A stretch of 63,950 bases of DNA, counting the filler, from Octopus bimaculoides (taxonomy: Eukaryota): NCBI RefSeq assembly GCF_001194135.2. It is 5 parts of 3 records of this genome, joined end to end, with 100 filler letters (N's around TTAATTAATTAA, not from the genome) between each part and the next. Parts side by side here need not be neighbours in the genome. Positions count along the whole stretch, not along the records: positions 1 to 27,258 come from NC_068982.1; positions 27,359 to 51,677 come from NC_069000.1; 3 more parts are not named here. One strand, written 5' to 3'. A program made the position numbers and the translations under genes. Below the pieces are notes generated by a model. The model had not been told where the DNA came from. It made no database searches and was given only the letters and a program-made list of their open reading frames with translations. This document shows positions 23,243 to 34,624 of this stretch, piece after piece. Each line of letters begins with the position of its first letter. Position 1 is the first letter of the stretch.

Positions 23243-25607
23243 AGTTTGGGCGGAATGTGGCTGGCAGCGAGGAGCCTCATGAAATCACTGTATTTCCCTT
23301 TATCTTTGTCCTTGGGATCTTTACTGGGGCTTGAACACCTGACCTGTTTGCTATCATCTTTACTGTCCACAGAAACATTACTTTTCAATTTGGGAGATGT
23401 AGATGTGGAGGAGGAGAGTTTCTCTTTAATATTAGCATTGTCTCGCTGTTGTTTATCTTTTGACTGAGTTTGCATTTGGTGGTGGTGATGATGATGTTGC
23501 TGTTGTTGGTTGTTGTTATTGTTACTGTTGTTGTTGCTATTGTTGTTGTTGCTATTGTTGTTGTGGTTGTGATGGTTATGATGATTGTGATGGTTGTGGT
23601 GATGGTGATGATGGTGGTGGTGATGTTGTTGCTGCTGTTGCTGTTGTTGTCCGTCTTTCAACCCTTCCCTGCACTTATCTTTCGATGCATCTCGATGATG
23701 CACCTGAAGCGGGTACTCCCGCGCGGCCATGTCTTTTAGACCATCTCTTCGTTTCTCCTTCATGTCAGGAGAGTTATTTACGACTAACAGTCTCTGGTTA
23801 TCCCCCCTTACTTCACGATAGATCTCCTGCGCGATGTTACGGTGTGATTCTTCAGTTCGCTTGTCTTGTACACCTTCGCCGTAAAGTTCGTGCGCGATAT
23901 TTCGATAAGCAAGTTCTTTAGGAACCACCATATCACAACAGATATCTTTCTTACATTCCCCGTGGCACTCTCGAAGAAGTCCTTCGGATTTACCCAGGAA
24001 ATGATGCTCCCGATAAATTTCTTCAGCAATATTTCTCGGAGGACTGATATGTCTGCCATATAGTTCCAACGGTGTCATCATTTTTATCTCTTTGTTGCTG
24101 CTACTATGGTCAATATGACCACCACCACTGTTACCACCATGAAGAATATTATTATTGATGATAATGCTGTTGTTGTTGGTGCAGATGCTCGGATCAAACA
24201 TCATTCCCTCACGACACTCGCGATAAATCTCTTCAGCGATATTCCGAGTTGGGGGCCAGCAACCATCTTTCATGTTTGGGTCGCTAACCTCCCTGTAAAT
24301 TTTCTGGGCAATACTTGGAGATTCTTTATCGTCATCAATACACCGATCTTCCCTTTTAATAAAACTATCAGGTCTATACATCATATCGCTTGTAATCACA
24401 GCTGCCTTGGCTTCCGCTTCTGCCTTTATCTTCAACGCGGCATCACACGCCTCACATTCTTCTCTCATTCGACATCGGTTCCCTTCACCAAATTCTTCCA
24501 TTCTTCTCATATCGAGTTTTTCTTCGGAATCAATTGATGAGTCCATGACACCATACTCAGACTTGATTCGATGTTGCTCCTCCACGTTAGTTGCTTCCAT
24601 CATGTCGGAGGGGAGGTGTCTTTCTTTCTTAATCTCTGGCGACATATTGTTCCGCGCCATTTCTGCTGCTCGCCAAGCTGCTTCTTCGCAATGTACGCCA
24701 TTTTGCATCATGGCCGACACGGCAAGAGGATGAGGATGGACAAGAGGATTAACAAGAGGGTGAGGAGGTGGATGTGTAGAAGGTTTTATGTCGTCATCGT
24801 TTGATGTGACATCTACTTCAACATCTTCGTCTTCATCATCCACCTCTTCCTTATCAGCATCATCATTGTTATCATTACTATTACTGTTATCACCATTGTT
24901 ATTGTTATTGTTGTTGTTATTATTATTGTTGTTGTTATTATTGTTGTTGCTGTTGTTGTTGTTGTTGCTACTGTTATTGTTGTTAATGTTTTTGTCCGCA
25001 TCCTGATCGTTGTCATCATCGCCAGCATCACCGTCGCCATCACCACCAGCTCCACTTCCACTTCCACCATTAGTATTGTTGCTGTTGTTGCTATTGTCGT
25101 TGTTGTTGTTGCTGTTGTTGTTGTTGTTGTTGTTAGACTTCTTGTGATTGTTGTTGTTATCGCTACCACCATCTTCATTGGTTACTCCCACGACACCATC
25201 TTCGTCGCTGTTACAGCGTTCAGAGTCACATTTCGGGGGTTTCGTGGCACCAGCTCCATTTATGAAATCACTGTGGTGGTGTTGTTGTTGCTGCTGATGG
25301 TGGTGGTGGTGATTGTGATGACTGTGATGGTTATGATGATGATGGTGATGATGACCACCTCTTGGACCGTCGGTCACTTCATTTGGAGCCAAGTCTTCTT
25401 TCATGGCATCCTTCTCTATGGCGTCCAGTTCTAATCTGGCTCTTTTACCGCTGATATCTTCGGGCAAATAATTGCGAATGTCTGCTTGATTCGAACGTGC
25501 CATCGTCATGTTCTCATCGTTCATTAAACTATCAGAAAGACTGCTGTCGATGCTGCTGCTACTGTTATTGTTATTGAGAATATTCAATGACAAACTTTTG
25601 GCGTTTT
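23243..25607 (-). CDS. SAM-domain corepressor-like gene, large low-complexity exon (poly-N/H/Q/D tracts, 5x NIAxEIYRE motif)
   Basis: Lies in the 825-aa ORF 23239-25716; tttgcag acceptor and ct|gtaagt donor. Phase 2 joins g to give LAPNMNGY. Confidence 0.92.
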
Positions 25608-26049
25608 CTGCAAAGAAAACAAAACAATAGATAAATAAATAATAGCACAATTGCAATAACAATAATAATGATAATAATAACAATAATAATAATAAGTGCA
25701 AAATCAATAATATCAATAATATATAAAAATCATTATTTGCATCTGTTATTATGTAATCCTATAACTTGTATCAGTACTAAGCAAGGATTTTGATGAGTAC
25801 TTTACTTTATCGATCTCGTAACAGAGACGGTGATGTCATCATGAGTGCAAAGGTAGGTATCCACAAGACATTTTTACTCCAGGCACCATTTGACATTTCA
25901 CCATCAACACATAAGTGCACAAATTCAACAGACACACAAACTTTCGCTGTGAACTCCGCCCCACCCCCCATCATATAGTTTCACAAATCATATGGACCTG
26001 AGAGTGGGGAGGAGGGAGTAGGAAAAAGAGAGGAAAAGAAAAAACTTAC

Positions 26050-26219
26050 CAACTCCCATACAACATCCATTGATCAATGGTGTACCAAACTCCAAGATGG
26101 CGACACCTTTCTTCTGTTTGTGTAGACTATCTTCGAGTTCGTTCATTGGAACCGTTTCTTTTTCTCGTGTTGTTCTCAACAGATCGATAATATTGCTCAA
26201 ACGAGATTCTCGTAACGGA
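26050..26219 (-). CDS. SAM-domain corepressor-like gene, exon (PLRESRLSNIIDLLRTT...NGCCMGV)
   Basis: ttttgtag acceptor, g|gtaagt donor. 170 nt; phase 1 joins aaaac to give ENAKSL in the next exon. Confidence 0.85.
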
Positions 26220-26416
26220 CTACAAAACAGGAAAAGTTTGAAAACATCTTAGTTATAAATGAACATACATAGAGTAGCAAAGAGATGGATAGGTATAGGT
26301 ATATATNNNNNNNNNNNNNNNNNNNNNNNNNNNNNNNNNNNNNNNNNNNNNNNNNNNNNNNNNNNNNNNNNNNNNNNNNNNNNNNNNNNNNNNNNNNNNN
26401 NNNNNNNNNNNNNNNN

Positions 26417-26448
<32 letters not shown>

Positions 26449-26668
26449 TACAGACAGACAGGTAAATAGATAGATAGATAGCTATATAGATAAACATCTA
26501 GACTGACTCAGAAACAAACAGTTATACAGGTGGACAGACAGATATACAGACAGGAAATGACAATTGAATAAATGAAACCTTACGGGTGAAGAAATGAGAA
26601 AATGTAAGAATGTGAGAATGAATGAATAAAAGAAAGAAAGAAAAGAGGGAAGGAAAAACTTTACTCAC

Positions 26669-26859
26669 CTGCAACGTTTTGGTGCTTTTCTTTCATTTTC
26701 ATGAGAGTAAGTGGAATCGTCACAATTCTTGGGACAAAGTGATGACGATTTGTTAGTGCACAGGTTTTCACCTGTCTTCCATTCCACCATATTGGCTGTA
26801 AAACATCTGTCTTCTCTGAGAGGCGATTCACGGCGTTTTTCTGCTAATCTACATCGGTT
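26669..26859 (-). CDS. SAM-domain corepressor-like gene, most 5' exon confidently seen (NRCRLAEKRRES...KAPKRC); true 5' end missing
   Basis: Polypyrimidine tract + tttcag acceptor, ag|gtgagt donor. 191 nt open from phase 0 to phase 2, splicing in frame to the 26219 exon (ag|t = Ser). Confidence 0.8.
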
Positions 26860-27068
26860 CTGAAATCAAAGAAAACCCACAATTATGGAATGGAAATGGT
26901 AACGATAAGAGGTACAGGTGTGGTTTTGGGTTCAGGCAAGTGCTTTTTACTGTAGCCCCAGGCCAACCAAAGCCTTGTCAGCGGATTTGGTAGACATGTG
27001 CTTTCAGTGTAAATTCCTCACTTCAGTGTTTATACAATATACAGGAGGGAGAGTGAGAGGAAGAGGGA

Positions 27069-27120
<52 letters not shown>

Positions 27121-27258
27121 AAAAATTCCTATGGCATTCACGAGTTTCATATTTCATATTTTCTATCTGTCGTCGGAAGATCGAAAACGTGAAACTCAGA
27201 GTAAAAGTCAGAAATTTTCAGCTGACGATAATATATAGGATGAAACTTTATAACACGT

Positions 27259-27358
27259 NNNNNNNNNNNNNNNNNNNNNNNNNNNNNNNNNNNNNNNNNN
27301 NNTTAATTAATTAANNNNNNNNNNNNNNNNNNNNNNNNNNNNNNNNNNNNNNNNNNNN
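27259..27358. other. Artificial scaffold spacer 44N-TTAATTAATTAA-44N
   Basis: Exactly 100 bp; the 12-mer has stops in all six frames; four identical occurrences in the window. Confidence 0.95.
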
Positions 27359-28001
27359 ATATATATATATATATATATATAAGGATGGTATTATTAAAAT
27401 ACCGTCACGCACGAGTGGCAAGTGAATTATCCGCCGCCGTATACGTATATATGTATATGTGTGTGTGTGTGTGTATACACACATATATGTGCACATATGT
27501 TCACATACATGTATGTATAACGAAATATAAGAGATTGTTCGTAAGATATCTTACGTATATTTCATTAACTTAGAGTGATTATCAGTTATATAATGTAAAT
27601 TACGTGATCAAGACTTATCGTTAAATCGTTAGAGACGAGTAACATTTAACATAAAACATTAGTGTGTATACGATTGCGTGNNNNNNNNNNNNNNNNNNNN
27701 NNNNNNNNNNNNNNNNNNNNNNNNNNNNNNNNNNNNNNNNNNNNNNNNNNNNNNNNNNNNNNNNNNNNNNNNNNNNNNNNNNNNNNNNNNNNNNNNNNNN
27801 NNNNNNNNNNNNNNNNNNNNNNNNNNNNNNNNNNNNNNNNNNNNNNNNNNNNNNNNNNNNNNNNNNNNNNNNNNNNNNNNNNNNNNNNNNNNNNTTTTTA
27901 TTTATGTCTATGTCTCTATATGTAACTTCGTTTTTTTTTCTGACATTGTATCATGGTTTGCTCTGTTTTATTTCCCCTACGATTTTTTACTTCGTGTTCA
28001 G

Positions 28002-28178
28002 AATGAATTGATACTTAGAGACCTTGATGGAACTTTGACAGGAACACCTTATGGCCAAGTCTTGCCTAGTGTCGATATTTTGCCACCAACATGTCAAAAT
28101 GTTCCTGGGTTCAGTATTAATTTTCCAGCAAGTGTTTGCCCTCCTGGGGTAAAATTCCACAGATTTGCCTTCAACAAG
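28002..28178 (+). CDS. PKHD1L1: Fibrocystin-L exon (NELILRDLDGTLTG...FHRFAFNK), first exon seen
   Basis: ttcag acceptor, aag|gtaatt donor, 59 codons. Similar to human PKHD1L1 HEMVMIDVDGSLTG...SFHRLAFNQ (recalled). Confidence 0.9.
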
Positions 28179-29320
28179 GTAATTATACTTATTACAATCT
28201 TTAATATCTTTAAATTTGCTTTGCTTGTTTATTTTACTTTTTTTTACGGATTCCTGTCTCGTTTCTTCCAATTTTCTCTCATGGTGGTCTTGGACAGTGA
28301 CTCATGGAGCAGTGTATGCCCAAAATGATTTTGCGGACTTGATTCTTCGCCATCGGTGTCTTCGGTCTTTCAGTTTTTCTAAAAGAGCAGTGTCCGTTTC
28401 CGTGTCTTATTCTTCCCTGTCTCCGAAAGACCCAACTTCCAAAGTCTCCCATTTTTTTTTAATACTATATCCATTGTCCACGTTTGAAACCGTCAAAGAC
28501 ATTCGTGAACTGACGACATCAAAGAATGGACTAAGATCCAGTCTGACTGCATTCTCTCAACAGGGAGCTGGAGGGTCTTGGCGAACTGATCCCTGGGCAC
28601 GGGGAGCGCGTCACGCATGGAGACTGATGTCCGTCCTATTTATTTATCTTTTACATTTGACGAGAACAACAAATCAAAATAGGAGCTTCTACATGGTTGC
28701 CTAGTGGTCTCATAGTAGCCAATTTATGTTACCGAACGGTTTCATGATGGCAAGCTTTCTGAGAATGAGGAGGCAAATCAACAACCGTTGGACATTGCTG
28801 AAAGGGAAAGTGTTGATCGGGGTCTGTTTTTTTTTTTTTTTTTTTTTTTTACATTTCTGTGACCCATAAACAAGATGTGGCAGTTTCAATCTTTCAAGTG
28901 ATGCTTTTCCATGTCCGATGATTGTCAACTTGCCTGTTGCCTGTTGAAAGGTTTTTCAGTATGAAACCGTTTGGCCACATAAACAGGCTGTTATGAGGGT
29001 AAATTTATAATATATGGACAATATACTCGCTCTAATACCTAATATAATAATATAAGAACGCTTACGACTTTATCTAACTAATGAAACTTATTGGACACAC
29101 ACATACATACACGTGTGGTGGGGGAGGTGTAGTATACTGTTCCGTGAAGGTAAGATCAGCAAAGATGTATTCCATCTGTGAAAGATAAATATTATTCAAT
29201 AAACACAGTAAATATTTTTATAAGCTATTAATAATTTCATGCGATGAAAACCACACAAACCACACTCTACAACATGTCTGGTGCCTTCATGTAATCTTCT
29301 CTCTATATATGGGCATTTAG

Positions 29321-29524
29321 ATATACCCTGAAAACATGGAGTCTCGAGATTTGAAGCTATCCAACATCCACGGCAATATCACAACACCTTACAAATTCAA
29401 AGCCGCAACCCACAAGGAAGGCTGGATGATGCTATTGGTTGACGGATTGGAACACGAGATTTCATTTGTCGGAGCTGATCATGTGACTAACATTAGCTAC
29501 ACCGGAACTTTTTACCAATTTGAC
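29321..29524 (+). CDS. PKHD1L1: Fibrocystin-L exon (IYPENMESRDL...DHVTNISYTGTFYQFD)
   Basis: tttag acceptor, gac|gtatgt donor, 68 codons. DHVTNISYTGTFY resembles human DHITNISYTSTFY. Confidence 0.92.
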
Positions 29525-30445
29525 GTATGTATTGCTTGTTTTTCAATGTTCATTAATTTTTCGTCCGCTCTTGTATACTTTGCCTATTTAACTTTCGTAG
29601 GTCGATAATCTTGAAGAACGTGTCAAGTACAGGGGGTCAATGAAATCGGTTCGGCTCCTCCCCTCAGAATATTGCCCGTGTGCCTAAATTAAAAACATCT
29701 ATTAAAGGCTAAGGATTAGCAGAATCGTTGGGTCATGAAACTAAGGACCTTGCGGTATTTCTTCGAAGTCTTTATGTTTCGGTTTCAAATCCTGCCAGAG
29801 CCAACTCCACTTTTCATCTCATCGAAATCGATAAAAAAAAAAATTGGGCTACCAGTCAGCTGCGAGACTTGATGCCATTATCTGATGTTTCCCTTTTAAA
29901 GGTCTTTGGCCTTCTGCCTAAATTAAAGTCATTTGCTATTATCAACACGAGAAAAGGCAGCAAACTTGCAAGACCATTAATTAGCACGCTGGACAAAATG
30001 CTTAGCATCATTTCGTCCGTTTTAACATTCTTTGCTCAAATTCCACCTAGGCTGATGTATGTATATTTATATGTATATATACATGGATGGATGTGCGTGT
30101 GTATATACACACACGCTAATATCATCCAAGATGGAGTCAAGTACCAACGTCCCATGTGACAAGCTTGATAATTGCTGAGAAATTTTCTCACACGATGAAA
30201 CCAACGGCCGCTTTGTTAACCAACATATAAACTATGTATGTATGTGTGTGTGCGTGTGTGTGTGTGTGNNNNNNNNNNNNNNNNNNNNNNNNNNNNNNNN
30301 NNNNNNNNNNNNNNNNNNNNNNNNNNNNNNNNNNNNNNNNNNNNNNNNNNNNNNNNNNNNNNNNNNNNNNNNNNNNNNNNNNNNNNNNNNNNNNNNNNNN
30401 NNNNNNNNNNNNNNNNNNNNNNNNNNNNNNNNNNNNNNNNNNNNN

Positions 30446-30606
30446 AGATCATGTACTAATCACACAAGAAAAGGACAAAGTGCCAGACCGCTTCACGTTG
30501 GACAAGGTGACATTTATTCCGAGGTCTCTAGGCATGCCCACCTACAAGGACAACAGTAATGGTGATTGGTTCTTTAATACCACAGAGAAAACTCTGACCT
30601 ACTTAA
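30446..30606 (+). CDS. PKHD1L1: Fibrocystin-L exon, 5' end lost in an N gap (DHVLITQ...SNGDWFFNTTEKTLTYL)
   Basis: NGDW motif as in human KNGDWHLEANTSTLYYL; a|gtaagt donor. Confidence 0.88.
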
Positions 30607-30755
30607 GTAAGTTACCTCTCTCACACTCCCTCTTTCTCTCTTCTCTCTTCTCTCTTACTCTCTCTATCTCCCTCTCTCTGCATGTTTGTATATCTATCTG
30701 CTTGCCTATCTGTTTTTTATCTGTCCGTTTAACTATCTATCTATCTATCTATCTA

Positions 30756-30786
<31 letters not shown>

Positions 30787-31141
30787 TCCTATCTAAGACA
30801 TTTTTGAAGAAATTATGAAAAGAGCCTATAAACGTGTTTGTAAGAAAAAACGCTGTGCCTTACAACGAATTTCAGATTAATGCAAAGTAAAATGTAATAA
30901 ATGATGAATACTTAGAAAAATTTGAATAAATAAATGTATGACTACATATAAACACACACACAAATATTTTGTTGACATCGTAAGAATAAAAGCCGAAGGC
31001 TGTCGTTGGGACTCGAACCACGTCTTCTATAGACGTGACAAGAGTTCTACCATTTGGTTGGGAAGCAAGCTTCTTACCACACAGCCATTCCTGTGTCTAC
31101 GTTGCAAAATAATTATATAAATGACTATATTTTATTTGCAG

Positions 31142-31405
31142 TTTCGGATCGTGCTCGACTGACCCGAACCAAAAGATCCTTAAGCACAGCTCGAGACATC
31201 AGTGTGAATTTTCAAGCTTACCGTTGTTTTTATTTGAATTGTGAACCACCGAAAGATAAACAGATGCAGCCTCCAGTACCGAAAAGACCAAACGTTTTCT
31301 TTTTGTGGTCATCTCTGGAAACCTGGAAAAAAGCCAATGAGATCCTCAACCTCTCACTTCAAACCAAAATCCCCGAAGAGAACGAAAATGTAACAATACC
31401 CACAG
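31142..31405 (+). CDS. PKHD1L1: Fibrocystin-L exon, start of the second G8 domain (ISDRARLTRTKRSL...NVTIPTG)
   Basis: ttgcag acceptor, g|gtaaaa donor, 264 nt phase 1-1. VNFQAYRCFYLNC resembles human INFQAYCCILQDC. Confidence 0.93.
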
Positions 31406-31580
31406 GTAAAAAAAAAATACATCATTTTGGTTGCATAAAATATATTCTAAACTTCAATGGCCGCAGTTAAGGTGGTGCTCCAGCATGGCCGCAGTCTAGT
31501 GGTTGAATCAGATAACAGTGTAAGGCTACCTGTCGTCTTGTATATATGCGTATGTATGTATTCATGTGTATGTTTGATTA

Positions 31581-31792
31581 CAGTAATCGACTATTGCGGG
31601 TGCTACGTTCCAAAACACCCCGCGATAGGTGAAAATCCGCGAAGTAGAAACAGTGTTGAACCTTATGATTTTTTTTAATCATTTTTATAATTTGTATATA
31701 TTTATTTTATCATAAATGCACCACGGAGGAATCGACGTAAGCTTAAATAATAAACCGTGATAGGTGAACCGCGATATGGCGAGGTATTACTG
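31581..31792. mobile_element. pogo/Tigger-like MITE
   Basis: TA-cagtaat...attactg-TA ends with imperfect TIRs (cagtaatcgactattgcggg / ccgcgatatggcgaggtattactg). Confidence 0.7.
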
Positions 31793-31869
31793 TATATGTA
31801 TACATGTGTACACACACGCATACACTCGTATACACAGACACATATACATACATATACACACATATACTG

Positions 31870-32325
31870 GTTTAAAATTTTGACACATGGCCAGTAGTTT
31901 CGTAGGAAGTAGCCAATGGGTAACCTAGAGATCCCAGTGTTCAACTAGTACTTAATTTATCGACCCCGAAAGGATGAAAGGCAAAGTCGATAGTGGTGGC
32001 ATTTGAACTCAGAACATAAAGACGGACGAAATACCGCTAAACATTTTGTCCGGCATCCAATCGATTCTTTAAGGCACAAGGCTCGAAATTTTTGAGGAGG
32101 GGGCCCAGTCGATTAGATCGACGCCACTACGCAACCGGTACTTAGTTTATCGACCCCGAAAGGACGTCTGTCTTTACGTTCTGAGTTCAAATTCCGTTGA
32201 GGTTGGCTTTGCTTTTCATCCTTTCGGAGTTGATAAAATAAGTACCAGTTACACACTGGGGTCTATGTAATGAACATAACCCCATCTCTGGTATTGCTGG
32301 CCTTGTGCCAAAATTTGAGACCAAT
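31870..32325. mobile_element. Cluster of family-A SINEs: two minus copies then one plus copy
   Basis: ttgaactcagaacataaagac (31990s) is the reverse complement of gtctttacgttctgagttcaa (32170s). Confidence 0.8.
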
Positions 32326-32734
32326 ATGTAGATATACATCTAAATTTTGGGGAGCTGCCGCCCCCTTGACATACGGACCACATTCCTAGTGCCCCTACCC
32401 CAACTAACCATCACAAACACAGATCTCTTTCTTAAGCAAATTCAAAGCAACTGTATTTCACAAACAAAAACTTAACCTAATGAACCCATTATTTTGTTGT
32501 TTTTACATGAATCGCTACCCCGTTATTGCCCCCACTTTTTACATTAATCTCTACTCCATTATCGGCCCATTTTTCTTCAACGCCACCTTAGAATTTTCCA
32601 CAGCCCCCCACCCCAGGGGGGGGGGGAAATACCGCCCACTTTGGGAACCACTGATATACAGAAACACGTGTCGACACAAAAAAGTCTTACATTTCATATC
32701 ATTCGCTTTTTTTCGTTTTTTCTTTTCTTTTCAG

Positions 32735-32986
32735 GCATGTGGATTGTGGTGGACATTGATTTACCGAAATTCAATACCATTTACATCTACGGCCAGATGG
32801 AGGTCAGTAATAAGTTGAGCGAGGTCACCATCAGTGCCAACTATATCCATATTGTTGGTGGACGTTTGATTGTCGGCTGGGAGAATGATCCCTACCCGGG
32901 CAATGCTACTATTGAACTAAGGGGCTCGCAGCAGACACCGCAGTTCGATGTGAAATCTGGACCAAATTTGGGATCAAAAGTCATAG
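32735..32986 (+). CDS. PKHD1L1: Fibrocystin-L exon, G8 domain (GMWIVVDID...GGRLIVGWENDPY...GPNLGSKVI)
   Basis: ttttcag acceptor, g|gtgagt donor, 252 nt phase 1-1; G8 motifs. Confidence 0.95.
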
Positions 32987-33084
32987 GTGAGTTGGCTAAA
33001 GTTTTCTCTTTTTTTTTTATTGGGGGCTCTGATGTGTCTAGGAAGAGGTTTCCCTAGTGGTTGGTTTACTAGCGCTATTAATAC

Positions 33085-33148
<64 letters not shown>

Positions 33149-33926
33149 GGTGGTGGTGGTGAGAGTTGTGNNNNNNNNNNNNNNNNNNNNNNNNNNNNNN
33201 NNNNNNNNNNNNNNNNNNNNNNNNNNNNNNNNNNNNNNNNNNNNNNNNNNNNNNNNNNNNNNNNNNNNNNNNNNNNNNNNNNNNNNNNNNNNNNNNNNNN
33301 NNNNNNNNNNNNNNNNNNNNNNNNNNNNNNNNNNNNNNNNNNNNNNNNNNNNNNNNATTGTGGTGATGATCGTGGTGGTGGTGGCGGTGGTGGTGGATGG
33401 TAGTGGTGGTAGTGGTGGCGGTGGTGGTGGTAGTGGTGGTGATAGTATCGGTACTGGTGGTGATTATTGTACTAGTGATAGTAATGATGATGGTGGTGGT
33501 GGCAGCAGGGGTGGTTTGTAGTGGAGACGTTGTAACATCCTGTAACTATCAGAGCCACAGAACGCAACGTTGGTAATCTTAGGATGAAGGAGGTTATCTT
33601 AATTAACAAGTTTAAAAGACATTAAACAACAAGGTTAGAAATACACGAGGCAGACTAATTACTATAACAACACCAGTCTGTGCATCTCACTTTCCTCTCG
33701 AACATATTTAAGGAAATATAACAGCTCTATATCACCGCTTATTTTCCCACTTGTCCTGATGATGTGGTTTTAACCAGGAAATATCTAAGAAATACAAAGT
33801 AAAACATTAACTTCTGTTCCAATGGCTTTCTCATAATGCACATCGTTTCCATATTGTGTTACTAAGTTATGGTTATTTGTTGGTGCCTTAAAACATTTTG
33901 ATACATTTTCTCATAGAAATTTATAC

Positions 33927-33977
<51 letters not shown>

Positions 33978-34375
33978 ATATACATACATTCATACGTGCA
34001 TATATACACGTACATATATGCATATATATATATATATATATACTCACACNNNNNNNNNNNNNNNNNNNNNNNNNNNNNNNNNNNNNNNNNNNNNNNNNNN
34101 NNNNNNNNNNNNNNNNNNNNNNNNNNNNNNNNNNNNNNNNNNNNNNNNNNNNNNNNNNNNNNNNNNNNNNNNNNNNNNNNNNNNNNNNNNNNNNNNNNNN
34201 NNNNNNNNNNNNNNNNNNNNNNNNNNNNNNNNNNNNNNNNNNNNNNNNNNNNNNNNNNNNNNNNNNNATATATACATATATATATATATATATACATACA
34301 CACATATATATGCACACATACACACACACATGTTAAAAATTACTATTTTTTAATATTTTTTATTTTGGTCATAAG

Positions 34376-34624
34376 GTGTGTTTGGTGGACTTGACATGCA
34401 TGCACTGAAGCGGAAAGTACTGTGGACACGCTTGGCTAGCACCGCCAAAATTGGTACAAAGACGCTTGTACTGGAGGAAGCAGTTGACTGGAAAGTTGGA
34501 GAAGAGATTGTCCTTTCATCTACGGGTTATAATGCCTGGGAAACGGAAACTTTCAGAATTGATTCGGTTTCAGCAGATGGCACCCAACTGACCCTCAATG
34601 CCACTGTGGCCCATGAGCATATTG
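34376..34624 (+). CDS. PKHD1L1: Fibrocystin-L exon (GVFGGLDMH...AVDWKVGEEIVLSSTGY...HEHI)
   Basis: taag acceptor, g|gtaagt donor, 249 nt. VDWxxGEEIV is the post-G8 (TMEM2-homology) motif. Confidence 0.95.

Noticed and set aside
27303-27314. TTAATTAATTAA as a conserved homeobox or regulatory palindrome recurring four times
   Set aside because: It is always centred in exactly 100 bp of N, so it is a scaffolding linker with six-frame stops.
28300-28620. Minus-strand coding-like stretch (ETDTALLEKLKDRRHRWRRIKSAKSFWAY)
   Set aside because: Multiple stops and no motif I can name; probably retroelement debris.
32641-32653. hAT-type terminal repeat ttgggaaccactg
   Set aside because: No matching opposite end was found, so the element cannot be delimited.
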